From assembly GCA_963666315.2 (NCBI GenBank), contig CAXXHG010000038.1, positions 94,015 through 158,014 on the forward strand: 64,000 nucleotides of DNA, in the 5' to 3' direction. Below, piece after piece: positions 8,977 to 17,835 of this stretch (its first letter is position 1; every line of letters begins with the position of its first letter). Origin of the DNA: Candidatus Binatia bacterium (GTDB lineage Bacteria > Desulfobacterota > Binatia > Bin18). The notes beneath the pieces are model-generated. The model was not told where the DNA came from. It saw only the letters and a program-made list of their open reading frames with translations, and ran no database searches. Position numbers and translations under genes: made by a program.

Positions 8977-11900
8977 TCATGATGGCTGCTCCGCTCGGTC
9001 CAGTAACGTGGCAAAGCGATAATTTACACTTGTCGCCCCGAAATCCGGCTCCCGCTGGAACGGGTGGCGCACGTAATGGACGCGATGTTCGTCCCCTGGC
9101 AGAAACTCCACAATGGCCAGGATGAAATGGTCCGGTTTGTTGAGCGAGTAGAGAATCTCGTTCTTGGTGACGGTAATCGTCGCCGCGCTTGAATCCCGCC
9201 CCTTTACTTCCAGAAATCGTAACCGTCCCGTAGTAGGATCCCGACTTTCAATGTCATAGCCAAGTTTTTCGTACTCGCGGTCAACTGGCTCAAACCCGAG
9301 TTGACGTTCCGTATCCATAATAATCGCACGGGCACGAGCACCTGAGGCTTGCGTATTTGTCGGGTGGGCTGGGGTCCTCTGACCGGTCATGTGTGCAACG
9401 AGGCCGATTGGCACTACGGCCATCCCACCGAGAACTACGGGGGGCAGTGCCGAAATCTGCCCTTCCAGGTCTAATTGTTCCATACGTTTCTGTAGCCGAG
9501 CCTGGAGATCGTCGGCGCGTCGGCTGGATTCCTGCGAGTTCAACCGCGCATTAGTCTTCCCGGCTTGCTCTTGTAGTCTGAGGTCTGCGGCGCGGTGATC
9601 CCAGTAGCCGATTTCCTTGGTGAGCCGGTCTTTGACCGACACTCGCGTTTTTTTGATCCAACCCGTGCGCCGCTCCCGCACCTCTTGCAGATGCTCCGGG
9701 ACGACGTGCGCAATAGCGTGTACCGTGGCCTTTTGTTCCAGGTCACGGGCGATCCAGGCGCACTCCGGACGCGATAGCAGTTCGTCAACACTGGGTTCAT
9801 CACGTTGAAGCGGACGATAGTCGAGGTAGGGGGCATAATGTAAGTGGTGGGCCTCCCCATCTTGATCGATTTCTACATACAGCAGCTGCCTGGAAATCGT
9901 GCGCCGTTCCCCACTCTGGGTACTGCTCGCATCCTGAATCGCGTGTTCCAGATAAAACAGGACACGCGGAGCCATACCCGGATCACGCTCATCGACCAGC
10001 ACCGTGCCACGTCGTAACAGATCGCGGTGGCGCTCGAGCGTCAAGTCTAATGTCGCATCAAGCAGTGGGTGGCCAGGACAGACAAAGGCGGCGAGTGGCT
10101 GCCCTTGGGGTGAAAGAAGCGTTTTCTCGAACGCAATACGTTCATACCGTTGCAGCACCGGTTCTCCCACGCCGATGAGCCGATCACGATTGCGGATGGG
10201 CGCTGGGACATGGGAGACTTGGTACCGCCGCGGTTCTCGCTCGCGCAGTGTGCCGCCTAACTGTTTAAAGGCTTCCAGAAAAAACGACTCGATATAGTGC
10301 GGCTGTAGACGACGCGCTTCGGCCCGTTCCATATCTTCCCGCACTCGCGCCACCCGACTGGCGTCCATAGCGTCATGGGCCAGGGCACGCTCTTCGAGGA
10401 GATCCTGGAGTTGTTTGCGATCGACCGCATCCGTAATGACCTGCGTGAGCCTTGCCTTCACCTCCGGTTGCTCACCGTAGCGGATGGCCTCAATGAGCAG
10501 CTCCCGCAGTGGGCGCCCATCAAACTGCAGCTTGCCGAGCACGTCAAAGACCTGGCCCCCCAGGGATTCACGGGCCTGGTCCAGTTTCTCAAGTAGCGTC
10601 CGGTAGACGTCGCCTTCCCTGGTCTCTTGCGCCACAAGATTCCAGAGGTGGCAGACCTCTTTCTGGCCAATCCGGTGAATCCGCCCAAACCGCTGTTCCA
10701 ACCGGTTGGGGTTCCAGGGGAGATCGTAGTTCACCATCAAATGCGCCCGCTGCAGATTGATACCTTCACCCGCCGCATCCGTGGCAATCAAGACCTGCAC
10801 TTCGGGGTCATGCCGAAAGGACTCCTGCGCTTTCAGCCGCTCCTCACGACCCCTCCCGCCATGAATGATCACCACGGCGTCCTCGCGTCCTAAGGCTGTT
10901 CTGACCCGATCGGTGAGATAGCTCAGCGTATCGCGGTGTTCCGTAAAGATGACCAACTTCTGGTGGGGTGAGGGTGCCAACCGGTCGGCAGTGTCAGAGG
11001 ACACCGTCTGTCGGTTAACATGCTGCGCGAGCGCAGCCGGTGTGAAGATGGCGCTGAGAAGGCCAGCCAGTTCACGCCATTTCCGATCCTCGCCACTGCG
11101 GCGTACGGTGGCCGCGAGCGATTCCAGCCGGCCGAGGATGGCGATCTCTGCTTTCAACTCGTCAATTGTACGGGCCGCAGTCGCTTGGTCGAGAATCTCT
11201 TCTTCTACCGTGTGGACTTCATCGTCTGGGGCCTCATCGAGGTCCTCAACGTCTTCCAGATCAAGCGTCGGCACACCGATAGCCTCAATCGTGGCGCCTC
11301 GCTGCAACAGCTGTAACTCGCGTTGGCGCTTCTCCAGCCGCTCGCGGCGACGGCGTAACGACTGGTAAATCGCCTCAGGCGACGATGCCAACCGACGCTG
11401 CAAGATAGTGAGGGCAAATCCTACCGTCCCGGCGCGTTTGTCATTCTGGAGCGCCTCTGCACGATTAAACTCTTCACGCACATACTCGGTGACCTGTTTA
11501 TAGAGCTGGGCTTCTCCATCTGAGAGGCGGTAGAGGACCGTATGGGCGAGCCGCTCCGGGAAGAGGGGGGTGCCGTCAAAGGTGAGCAGGCTTTCCTTGA
11601 CCATCCGGCGCATGAGGTCAGAGACGTCCACTTGGTGGACTCCATCGCGGAAGCGTCCCTCAAAGCGGTCGCCGTCCAGTAGGGACAGGAAGAGCTGAAA
11701 ATCTTCCTCTTTGCCGTTATGCGGCGTAGCGGTCATGAGCAGAAAGTTCCGCGTCAGGGTGCCGAGTAACTGGCCGAGTTTGTGGCGTTTGGTGTATTTG
11801 ATCTCGCCGCCAAAAAAGGTTGCCGACAGTTTGTGCGCCTCGTCACAGACCACCAGATCCCACCGACAATCCGGTGCTTGCAACTTTTGCTGGACGTCCT

Positions 11901-12537
11901 CATTCCGCGACAGCTTATCCAACCGTGCAATCACAAAATTATTCTCCAGGAACCAATTGCCGGTGCGTGCGGCCTCAAACTTGTCGTTTGTCATGATCTC
12001 AAAGGGCAACTGAAACCGGCGGTACAGCTCGTCCTGCCATTGTTCGGCCAGACTCCCGGGGCAAACGACAAGGCACCGTTGGAGATCGCCGCGGACGATT
12101 AGTTCCTTCATGAGCAACCCGGCCATGATCGTTTTGCCAGCGCCTGGATCGTCGGCCAGCAGAAAACGGAGCGGTTGACGCGGGAGCATCTCTTCATACA
12201 CCGCCGTGATCTGGTGGGGGAGCGGATCGACCAGTGAGGTATGGACGGCGAGCACGGGATCAAACAGATGGGCCAGACGGATGCGGTACGCCTCAGAAAC
12301 GAGCCGAAATGATCCACCGTCCCCGTCAAAACTCCACGGTCGGCCCTGTTCTACGACTTCGAGGCGCGGTTCGTCATGCCGGTAGAGGAGCTCGTTAGCG
12401 ACACGGCCGGTTGGGGTCTTGTAGGTTAGTTCGAGCGCCTCAGAACCAAACCATTGGACGCTGGTGACCGCTACGAGGCTGTCGGGAAGGATACCCCGTA
12501 CGGCGGCATTAGGCTGGAGGTCTTCGAGTTTACTCAT
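8977..12537 (-). CDS. SNF2-family helicase with C-terminal DUF3883 (PD-(D/E)xK-like) nuclease domain
   Basis: LLADDPGAGKT, CDEAH, LMTATPH, GEGINLQ, LEQRFGRIHRIG; C-terminal GYDIES..RFLEVKG. Confidence 0.92.
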   Translation of the reverse strand: MSKLEDLQPNAAVRGILPDSLVAVTSVQWFGSEALELTYKTPTGRVANELLYRHDEPRLEVVEQGRPWSFDGDGGSFRLVSEAYRIRLAHLFDPVLAVHTSLVDPLPHQITAVYEEMLPRQPLRFLLADDPGAGKTIMAGLLMKELIVRGDLQRCLVVCPGSLAEQWQDELYRRFQLPFEIMTNDKFEAARTGNWFLENNFVIARLDKLSRNEDVQQKLQAPDCRWDLVVCDEAHKLSATFFGGEIKYTKRHKLGQLLGTLTRNFLLMTATPHNGKEEDFQLFLSLLDGDRFEGRFRDGVHQVDVSDLMRRMVKESLLTFDGTPLFPERLAHTVLYRLSDGEAQLYKQVTEYVREEFNRAEALQNDKRAGTVGFALTILQRRLASSPEAIYQSLRRRRERLEKRQRELQLLQRGATIEAIGVPTLDLEDVEDLDEAPDDEVHTVEEEILDQATAARTIDELKAEIAILGRLESLAATVRRSGEDRKWRELAGLLSAIFTPAALAQHVNRQTVSSDTADRLAPSPHQKLVIFTEHRDTLSYLTDRVRTALGREDAVVIIHGGRGREERLKAQESFRHDPEVQVLIATDAAGEGINLQRAHLMVNYDLPWNPNRLEQRFGRIHRIGQKEVCHLWNLVAQETREGDVYRTLLEKLDQARESLGGQVFDVLGKLQFDGRPLRELLIEAIRYGEQPEVKARLTQVITDAVDRKQLQDLLEERALAHDAMDASRVARVREDMERAEARRLQPHYIESFFLEAFKQLGGTLREREPRRYQVSHVPAPIRNRDRLIGVGEPVLQRYERIAFEKTLLSPQGQPLAAFVCPGHPLLDATLDLTLERHRDLLRRGTVLVDERDPGMAPRVLFYLEHAIQDASSTQSGERRTISRQLLYVEIDQDGEAHHLHYAPYLDYRPLQRDEPSVDELLSRPECAWIARDLEQKATVHAIAHVVPEHLQEVRERRTGWIKKTRVSVKDRLTKEIGYWDHRAADLRLQEQAGKTNARLNSQESSRRADDLQARLQKRMEQLDLEGQISALPPVVLGGMAVVPIGLVAHMTGQRTPAHPTNTQASGARARAIIMDTERQLGFEPVDREYEKLGYDIESRDPTTGRLRFLEVKGRDSSAATITVTKNEILYSLNKPDHFILAIVEFLPGDEHRVHYVRHPFQREPDFGATSVNYRFATLLDRAEQPS

Positions 12538-12676
12538 TGGGTATTACAGTAGCCCTATGAAGTGGAGTGGGAATTGTCTGAATCGAACTCCTTGACGGGC
12601 TATCAAATCCGGTCGGAGAATAGAACCTCCAAACCAATTGATTTGTTCGGGGCGATTGTGTGCGGTGCCCGACTAT

Positions 12677-12703
12677 CCCCAGTTTTCGAATTCTGGGGGT
12701 TTT
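12677..12703 (+). terminator. terminator-like hairpin
   Basis: CCCCAG-N10-CTGGGG followed by GTTTT. Confidence 0.35.
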
Positions 12704-12719
12704 GTGCATCGTTGCCATA

Positions 12720-12747
12720 AGGTAACATAAAGGACGTTATGCTCTAT
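12720..12747 (-). other. dif-like XerC/XerD recombination site
   Basis: Minus strand ATAGAGCATAA-CGTCCT-TTATGTTACCT has the 11-6-11 layout; compare E. coli dif GGTGCGCATAA-TGTATA-TTATGTTAAAT (XerD arm 9/11). Confidence 0.65.
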
Positions 12748-13060
12748 TAAACAACGGGGGATGAAGAGGCGGAAAATGTCACAACAATTAGTGCCTGTGA
12801 AGGCGCAGAGCTCGCGCGTGGATGGGTCAAATTAAACAAACTGGGTAAAAGTTTCATAGAACCGTCCCATTAACTGACAGGGAGTTGAGTTTGTGGGAGC
12901 ATGTTTTCTGAGATAGCCAGATGAGATAGATTTTTCGGATTCCCCCCCCCATCACGCTCTCCAAACCGTCTTAAAAAATCATCCTTCGTTGATACGCGCC
13001 GAACCCTTTTGTTGTCCCCTCAGAGATGGTGAGGCGGTGACTAAAAGGAGGACACTCGCT

Positions 13061-13275
13061 ATGCCTGTCTCGATTCCCTTTACGGGTGGGTGCGCGTGTG
13101 GCGCGATTCGGTATGAATGTTCGGCTGATCCGATGATGTCTCTCAATTGTCACTGTCGTGACTGCCAACGCGCCACGGGTAGCGCATACAATACCGTAGT
13201 TGGTGTGCCTGCTGCCAGGGTGCAATTCACACAAGGGGTCCCCAATATTATGAGACGACTGGGGAGCGAGGGACA
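13061..13275 (+). pseudogene. GFA (glutathione-dependent formaldehyde-activating) family protein, frameshifted and truncated
   Basis: SD AAGGAGG; MPVSIPFTGGCACGAIRY..NCHCRDCQRATGSAY; family-like text continues as YYETTGERG only after a frameshift near 13243; C-terminal CxxC absent. Confidence 0.8.
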
Positions 13276-13346
13276 TTGCTCTATTGCCGTCCCAGCGCGG
13301 AACTCTTTATCATACTGGCCTAGGGGAAAGTGGACCACTATACCAC

Positions 13347-13434
13347 GGCCCGTGAAAGCCAGTTCTTTCCGCTACCAGGTGTGCTCTGTGGATACCGAGC
13401 AATACGACCCAAAAGGATTTTGAGTCCACTGCGT
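13347..13434 (+). repeat. 88-bp direct repeat, copy 1 (copy 2 at 43053-43140)
   Basis: GGCCCGTGAAAGCCAGTTC...GGATTTTGAGTCCACTGCGT; 2 mismatches between copies by eye. Confidence 0.95.
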
Positions 13435-13444
13435 CTACCAATTC
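13415..13444 (-). other. tRNA-Leu(CAA) fragment (D-arm plus anticodon loop), att-like remnant
   Basis: Minus strand GAATTGGTAGACGCAGTGGACTCAAAATCC; no acceptor or T arm. Confidence 0.7.
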
Positions 13445-13605
13445 TGGCTTCTTAGGGCAGAGGAGAGAGTTTCGGGTGAACTTCCTCTGAAGGCATGATC
13501 GTCTATCCGATTTTGCTGACTCTATGCTGACTCACTCCGTCACAAGCTCGTCTCACGTAACATGGCTAAAGAAAAACCCCCTGCAAACACAGGGGGTTAA
13601 AGAAG

Positions 13606-13648
13606 GCCACCCATCGGAGTCGAACCGACGACCTACTGATTACGAATC
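13606..13648 (-). other. tRNA-Thr(CGT) 3' half, att-like remnant
   Basis: Minus strand GATTCGTAATCAGTAGGTCGTCGGTTCGACTCCGATGGGTGGC; neighbours are hairpin AACCCCCTG/CAGGGGGTT (13575-13598) and TGCTGACTC x2 (13514-13533). Confidence 0.8.
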
Positions 13649-13703
13649 GCTAGTCCTAAACACGCTCGCCCGCCGATTAGGGTCTAGCACTTGGTCCATA
13701 GCC

Positions 13704-14258
13704 TTATTTTTTTCTAGTTTTTCCCGTCGAGAAATACCCCTTGAGCCACGCCCATGACAGGCCTCCCACGACACCTGCAACAAGGCCCGCAATCATCGAA
13801 CTACTGAGCCCAGCCGTGCGTTGTAGCTGGCTTGTCGTTACGCGTTCGACGGCCTGACGGTGATCTTGTTCGATCCAGTCTTGTACCCGTTTTACCAATG
13901 GCCCAATAGGGATCTCGTGATCTCGGAGCATGTCGATTAAGGCCGCCGCACCAAACCGGCCGACGAAATGTCTACGCGTCGGGTCGTTTTCGAGTATGTG
14001 GCGAAGCGCCTCGACTTTGTCGCCATGTGGCCCGTCGTGGAGACCGTAGAGGTAGTTCAGCACCAAGAGCAGCGCCCCGGTTGGTCCTCCGACAGCTACA
14101 TTATACTGCTCGCGACGCGCAATCGTTGCCTGGGCTTCCGAGGTCAACTCGGCAAACGGCCCCAGCTGAAGTCCTAACCAACGACGGATCAGCTTCAACT
14201 GTCGCCCGGTGAGAGGGGATTCACTCGCATGCTGTGCGGTGGGCATGTCGCTATTCAT
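13704..14258 (-). CDS. XRE-like HTH protein with hydrophobic C-terminal segment
   Basis: LTGRQLKLIRRWLGLQLGPFAELTSEAQATIARRE; divergent from the integrase. Confidence 0.65.
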   Translation of the reverse strand: MNSDMPTAQHASESPLTGRQLKLIRRWLGLQLGPFAELTSEAQATIARREQYNVAVGGPTGALLLVLNYLYGLHDGPHGDKVEALRHILENDPTRRHFVGRFGAAALIDMLRDHEIPIGPLVKRVQDWIEQDHRQAVERVTTSQLQRTAGLSSSMIAGLVAGVVGGLSWAWLKGYFSTGKTRKK

Positions 14259-14354
14259 ACCACAGAAAGGGGGAATCGTCTGGTATCATCGTATGATAAC
14301 TATTGTTATATATTATTGATCGATCTCAAGCCACCTGAACAAGGGAGTTCATTC

Positions 14355-15487
14355 ATGGGCGTCAAAGTCCGCCAGAAGAATGGTAAGTGGTGGGTCTTCA
14401 TCGACCACCACGGCAAACGCAAGGCCAAGTGTGTTGGGGAGAAGCGAACAGCTCAACACGTCGCGGAGCAGCTCCGGGCGAAACTCGCGCTGGGTGAGTT
14501 TGAGATTGCGGATGAGCAGGATCGAAGGCCCTTTGCTGACGTCTTTCGGCACTGGCTCGATACCTACCCCAGGCGCACTGCAAAGCCTCTACCATCGCCG
14601 GTTATGAGACGGCCTTCCGGGTCTATCTGTGTCCTCGTTTTGGCGAGAAGGAAATCACAGACGTCACCCGAGAAGACGTCAAGACCCTTGCCTATGAGAT
14701 GTTAGCGCAGGGCAAAAGCCGCAGTTACGTCAAAGCCACTCTCGCCCCCCTCTCTGAGATGTTCAATCATGCGATTGAGGACGGGCATCTTACTGCTAAT
14801 CCGGCCCTGCGTATCTTACGGCGTAGCCGAGCAGAAGAGGGCAGACAAATCGCCACCTTTCTGACTCGAGGCGATCTCGGGCATTTTCTGGATACCTGTC
14901 GTGAACACTTTCCACAGCACTATGCCTTCGTCCTGCTCCTGGCGCGAACCGGGCTGCGCATTGGGGAAGCGGTGGCTGTGCAGTGGGGTGCTTTGGACTT
15001 TCATAATCGCTTCATCGATGTACGTCTGAACTGGGTCGATGGGGTGCTGACTTCTCCGAAACCGGGGCGACAGCGGCATGTCGATATGTCCAAGATGTTG
15101 ACCAAGAGGTTGCAGGCCTTCCAGATCGAACGGAAGAAAGAAACCTTGCAAAGAGGGTGGGGCGAGGTGCCGGCCTGGGTTTTCACCAGTCGCACCGGGA
15201 CCATGATGGACCCGGACAATTTTCGCGCCCGCGTGTGGCCAAAACTGCTGGCCAAAGCCGGTATCCGACAAATCCGTATCCATGATCTGCGCCACACGTA
15301 TGGGTCGTTGCTGATCGCGCAAGGGGAGTCCTTAGTGTATGTGAAAGAGCAGATGGGGCATCACAGTATTCGGGTCACCGTTGACACCTATGGACACCTG
15401 GCTCCAGGCGGCAACAAAGCGGCCGCAGATCGGCTCGATGAGCCTGAAGAGCCCGCAACCAACCGCAACCTATCCGCAACCAAGTAA
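14355..15487 (+). pseudogene. int: phage-type tyrosine integrase with one frameshift near 14567-14570
   Basis: N-terminus MGVKVRQKNGKWWVFIDHHGKRK; continues as QAHCKASTIAGYETAFR in the frame of ORF 14699-15487; catalytic motifs RTGLRIGE, HDLRHTY, MGHHSI..TYGH intact. Confidence 0.9.
15453..15481 (+). repeat. CCGCAACC x3, probable integrase arm-type sites
   Basis: Copies at 15453, 15463 and 15474, at the int 3' end next to the att. Confidence 0.6.
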
Positions 15488-15525
15488 AGAAACAAAGTTT
15501 CCAAAAAGCGCTAAGTCCTTGATTT

Positions 15526-15573
15526 AAAAGTGGAGCCGATGAGAATTGAACTCACGACCTCTAGAGTGCGATT
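15526..15573 (-). repeat. 48-bp copy of the tRNA-Ala 3' half (att site), identical to 43373-43420
   Basis: AAAAGTGGAGCCGATGAGAATTGAACTCACGACCTCTAGAGTGCGATT at both places; identity ends in the anticodon loop; GCTAAGT(C/G)CTTGA precedes both. Confidence 0.95.
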
Positions 15574-15716
15574 GCAGCGGTACCAAGATCACCGAGTGTG
15601 ACTGAGCATGAGGGAGAGATATGGAGGAGATCAAGAACCTCTGATTTGCTAGGAGGTTATGTCCTCTCTCCTATCACTGAGTGCTATCCAGGATGATTAA
15701 GGTCTACGTCGTGTAC

Positions 15717-15770
15717 TGGCAGCAAATACGGCAGCAACGGTACTTGAGTGGCAGCAAAAGTGGCAGCAAA
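15717..15770 (+). repeat. GGCAGCAA x4, probable arm-type sites
   Basis: TGGCAGCAAA, CGGCAGCAAC, TGGCAGCAAA, TGGCAGCAAA as two pairs about 150 bp inside the att. Confidence 0.6.
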
Positions 15771-16116
15771 AATACCGGCTTTTCTTTAGCCTTTCGGCTC
15801 GTGTAATCACTCCGACCCACCCGTCACCTTACGGTCGCCTTTCTTGGTGGGGCCAGGACTCACTCGCTCAATGAAACGGGACAAGACAATTTTCCTCCCC
15901 CCTGCCGGAACACGGCTTACGCGCTGCTGGGCAGATGAACAGACACCGATTCAGCGAGGGCCTTAGTATAAGTCAAGCCGGGATCGTGCTGCACAGGCCA
16001 AATATGGCGGTCAGTCCATACGAGCTGGTGAAGCTGTTCAGGAGGGCGCTCGGGGGTAAAGCCGTAGTGGGGGAGGTTACCGTCAAAGATCGTCATTCAA
16101 GAGGGGAGCGCGGGGT

Positions 16117-16458
16117 ATGAGTGGCGTTCAACCCGATGGCCCGAAGCCAAACCCCTTTGCAGCGCTACCGCGCTGTGATGCTAAAACCCGAGCGGGCCAT
16201 CCCTGCCGGCAACCCGCCGCCCGTAAAGGCCGATGTCATTGGCACGGTGGTTCGCGCCTATCAGGAGCACCCAAGGGCAACAAGAATCGTTGGGTGCAGG
16301 GGCAACGGTCGAGGGCGGCCATAGCGGAGCGGAAGCGCGTTCATCCTTTGCCGAGCTGTTGTTGTCACTCCCTTTTTCTGCTCTTATTTCCTCAGTCGGC
16401 TAAGGGGATTCCGGTTAGCGTCACCGTAAAGATGCTGAGTCGCGCTGCTCGGAGATAG
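16117..16458 (+). CDS. HGGxSTG-like small protein (phage/satellite associated), probably truncated
   Basis: CDAKTRAGHPCRQPA..GRCHWHGGSRLSGAPKGNKN; SD-like GAGGGGAG. Confidence 0.65.
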   Translation: MSGVQPDGPKPNPFAALPRCDAKTRAGHPCRQPAARKGRCHWHGGSRLSGAPKGNKNRWVQGQRSRAAIAERKRVHPLPSCCCHSLFLLLFPQSAKGIPVSVTVKMLSRAARR

Positions 16459-16466
16459 TTCAAGCC

Positions 16467-17177
16467 ATGAAGACCAAAGGCTGCGCACATGATCATGGCC
16501 ACTTCTACGAATTGTTGAGCATCCTTGAGCAGCGTCTGGACGGTCCACGAAGCCTCTCGCGCTCCTCGGGTCGAATGAATTGGCCGCAGCGAGGCGTCTA
16601 TTTTTTCAGGGAGGGAGGCGAAGGTCGCACGGACACTGGACTTGGTCCACGTATTGTACGTGTGGGAACGCACGCACTAAAGGCGGGCGCGGGGACGAAG
16701 CTGTGGACACGGTTATCACAACACAAGGGACAAGTGCGTAGCGGCGGCGGAAACCACCGGGGATCGATCTTTAGGCTCATAGTGGGCGCGGCGTTGATAG
16801 AACGGGATCGCCTTGATTATCCAACTTGGGGTCAGGGGAATTCAGCGCCACGCGAAGTACGGAATGGAGAGCAGAATCTGGAGAGAACAGTCAGCGAAGT
16901 GATCGGCAAAATGCCGTTCCTTTGGTTGGCCGTAGAAGACGAACCTGGACCAGACAGCCAGCGCGGCTATATCGAACGCAACGCGATTGCGCTGTTGAGC
17001 AACTTCACCAAAGACGCGCTTGACCCACCATCTCCAAATTGGCTCGGCCATTTCTGTAATCGGCAACGCGTTCGGGCATCAGGTCTGTGGAACTCGAACC
17101 ACGTCGATGAGCCATACGATCCGACGTTTCTGAATAGGATGGAAGAGCTGGTTGACCAACTGGAGGAAACAGCATGA
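16467..17177 (+). CDS. GIY-YIG-like nuclease
   Basis: RGVYFF..IVRVGTH..LWTRLSQH, GNHRGSIFR, YIERNAIALL, GLWN match the GIY/YIG/R/E/N arrangement. Confidence 0.65.
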   Translation: MKTKGCAHDHGHFYELLSILEQRLDGPRSLSRSSGRMNWPQRGVYFFREGGEGRTDTGLGPRIVRVGTHALKAGAGTKLWTRLSQHKGQVRSGGGNHRGSIFRLIVGAALIERDRLDYPTWGQGNSAPREVRNGEQNLERTVSEVIGKMPFLWLAVEDEPGPDSQRGYIERNAIALLSNFTKDALDPPSPNWLGHFCNRQRVRASGLWNSNHVDEPYDPTFLNRMEELVDQLEETA

Positions 17178-17830
17178 TCGTCATCATTCAGTGCGCTGGG
17201 AGTAAGAAGCCCGAGGCTGGCCATCTTCGGCGGCGAGATGGACGGAACGTGTTATTCGTCGCTGATCCCAAGACTGCGCCAGCAGATGGGCCATATGTGT
17301 ATGCCCGCCCTGACGATGTCAGCGATACGGGCCGCTCATGGAGAGAGGAACTGTGCAGGTATAACGTTGCGCCTGGCAAAAACTCCCTACAACTCCTGCC
17401 AGCGTGGCAGCTCTATAAAGAAAGAACGTATGCGCTGCTCAAGGAGCGGTACGGCCTAGATCGGTTATATATCCTTTCTGCGGGTTGGGGATTGATTGCG
17501 GCAGATTTTCTGACGCCAGCTTACAACATCACATTTAGCGGCCCTAATGGGTACCAGCGAAGAAGCAGCAAGGAGTACTACGCTGACCTGTGCATGCTGC
17601 CTGACGAGATTGATGAGCCAATTGTTTTCCTGGGTGGTAAGAAGTATGTGGACCTGTTTTGCAAGCTGACCGAGCGCGTCATGGGACCGAGGTATCTGTT
17701 CTATAAAGCACCAAATGCTCCCGTCGTGCCCGGTTGCATGCTTAAAGGGTTCGAAACCACACGACGAACGAACTGGTACTATGGATGTGCTAAAGCTCTC
17801 GTCGAAGGCAAGATTGGGATAGGCGAATGA
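17174..17830 (+). CDS. YaaA/DUF6884-like protein
   Basis: ATGA overlap with upstream gene; IIQCAGSKK, LLPAWQLY, LYILSAGWGLI..YNITF, FLGGKKY. Confidence 0.65.
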   Translation: MIVIIQCAGSKKPEAGHLRRRDGRNVLFVADPKTAPADGPYVYARPDDVSDTGRSWREELCRYNVAPGKNSLQLLPAWQLYKERTYALLKERYGLDRLYILSAGWGLIAADFLTPAYNITFSGPNGYQRRSSKEYYADLCMLPDEIDEPIVFLGGKKYVDLFCKLTERVMGPRYLFYKAPNAPVVPGCMLKGFETTRRTNWYYGCAKALVEGKIGIGE

Positions 17831-17835
17831 TTTGA

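Noticed and set aside
12942-12950. C9 homopolymer as a phase-variation switch
   Set aside because: Intergenic, about 400 bp from the SNF2 start and upstream of a pseudogene; no promoter elements could be placed around it.
13415-15573. tRNA-like stretches as functional tRNA genes
   Set aside because: Each lacks half of the cloverleaf; treated as att remnants.
15717-15770. Short repeats as a CRISPR array or iterons
   Set aside because: Units are 8-10 bp with no spacers of CRISPR length; no cas or rep gene nearby.
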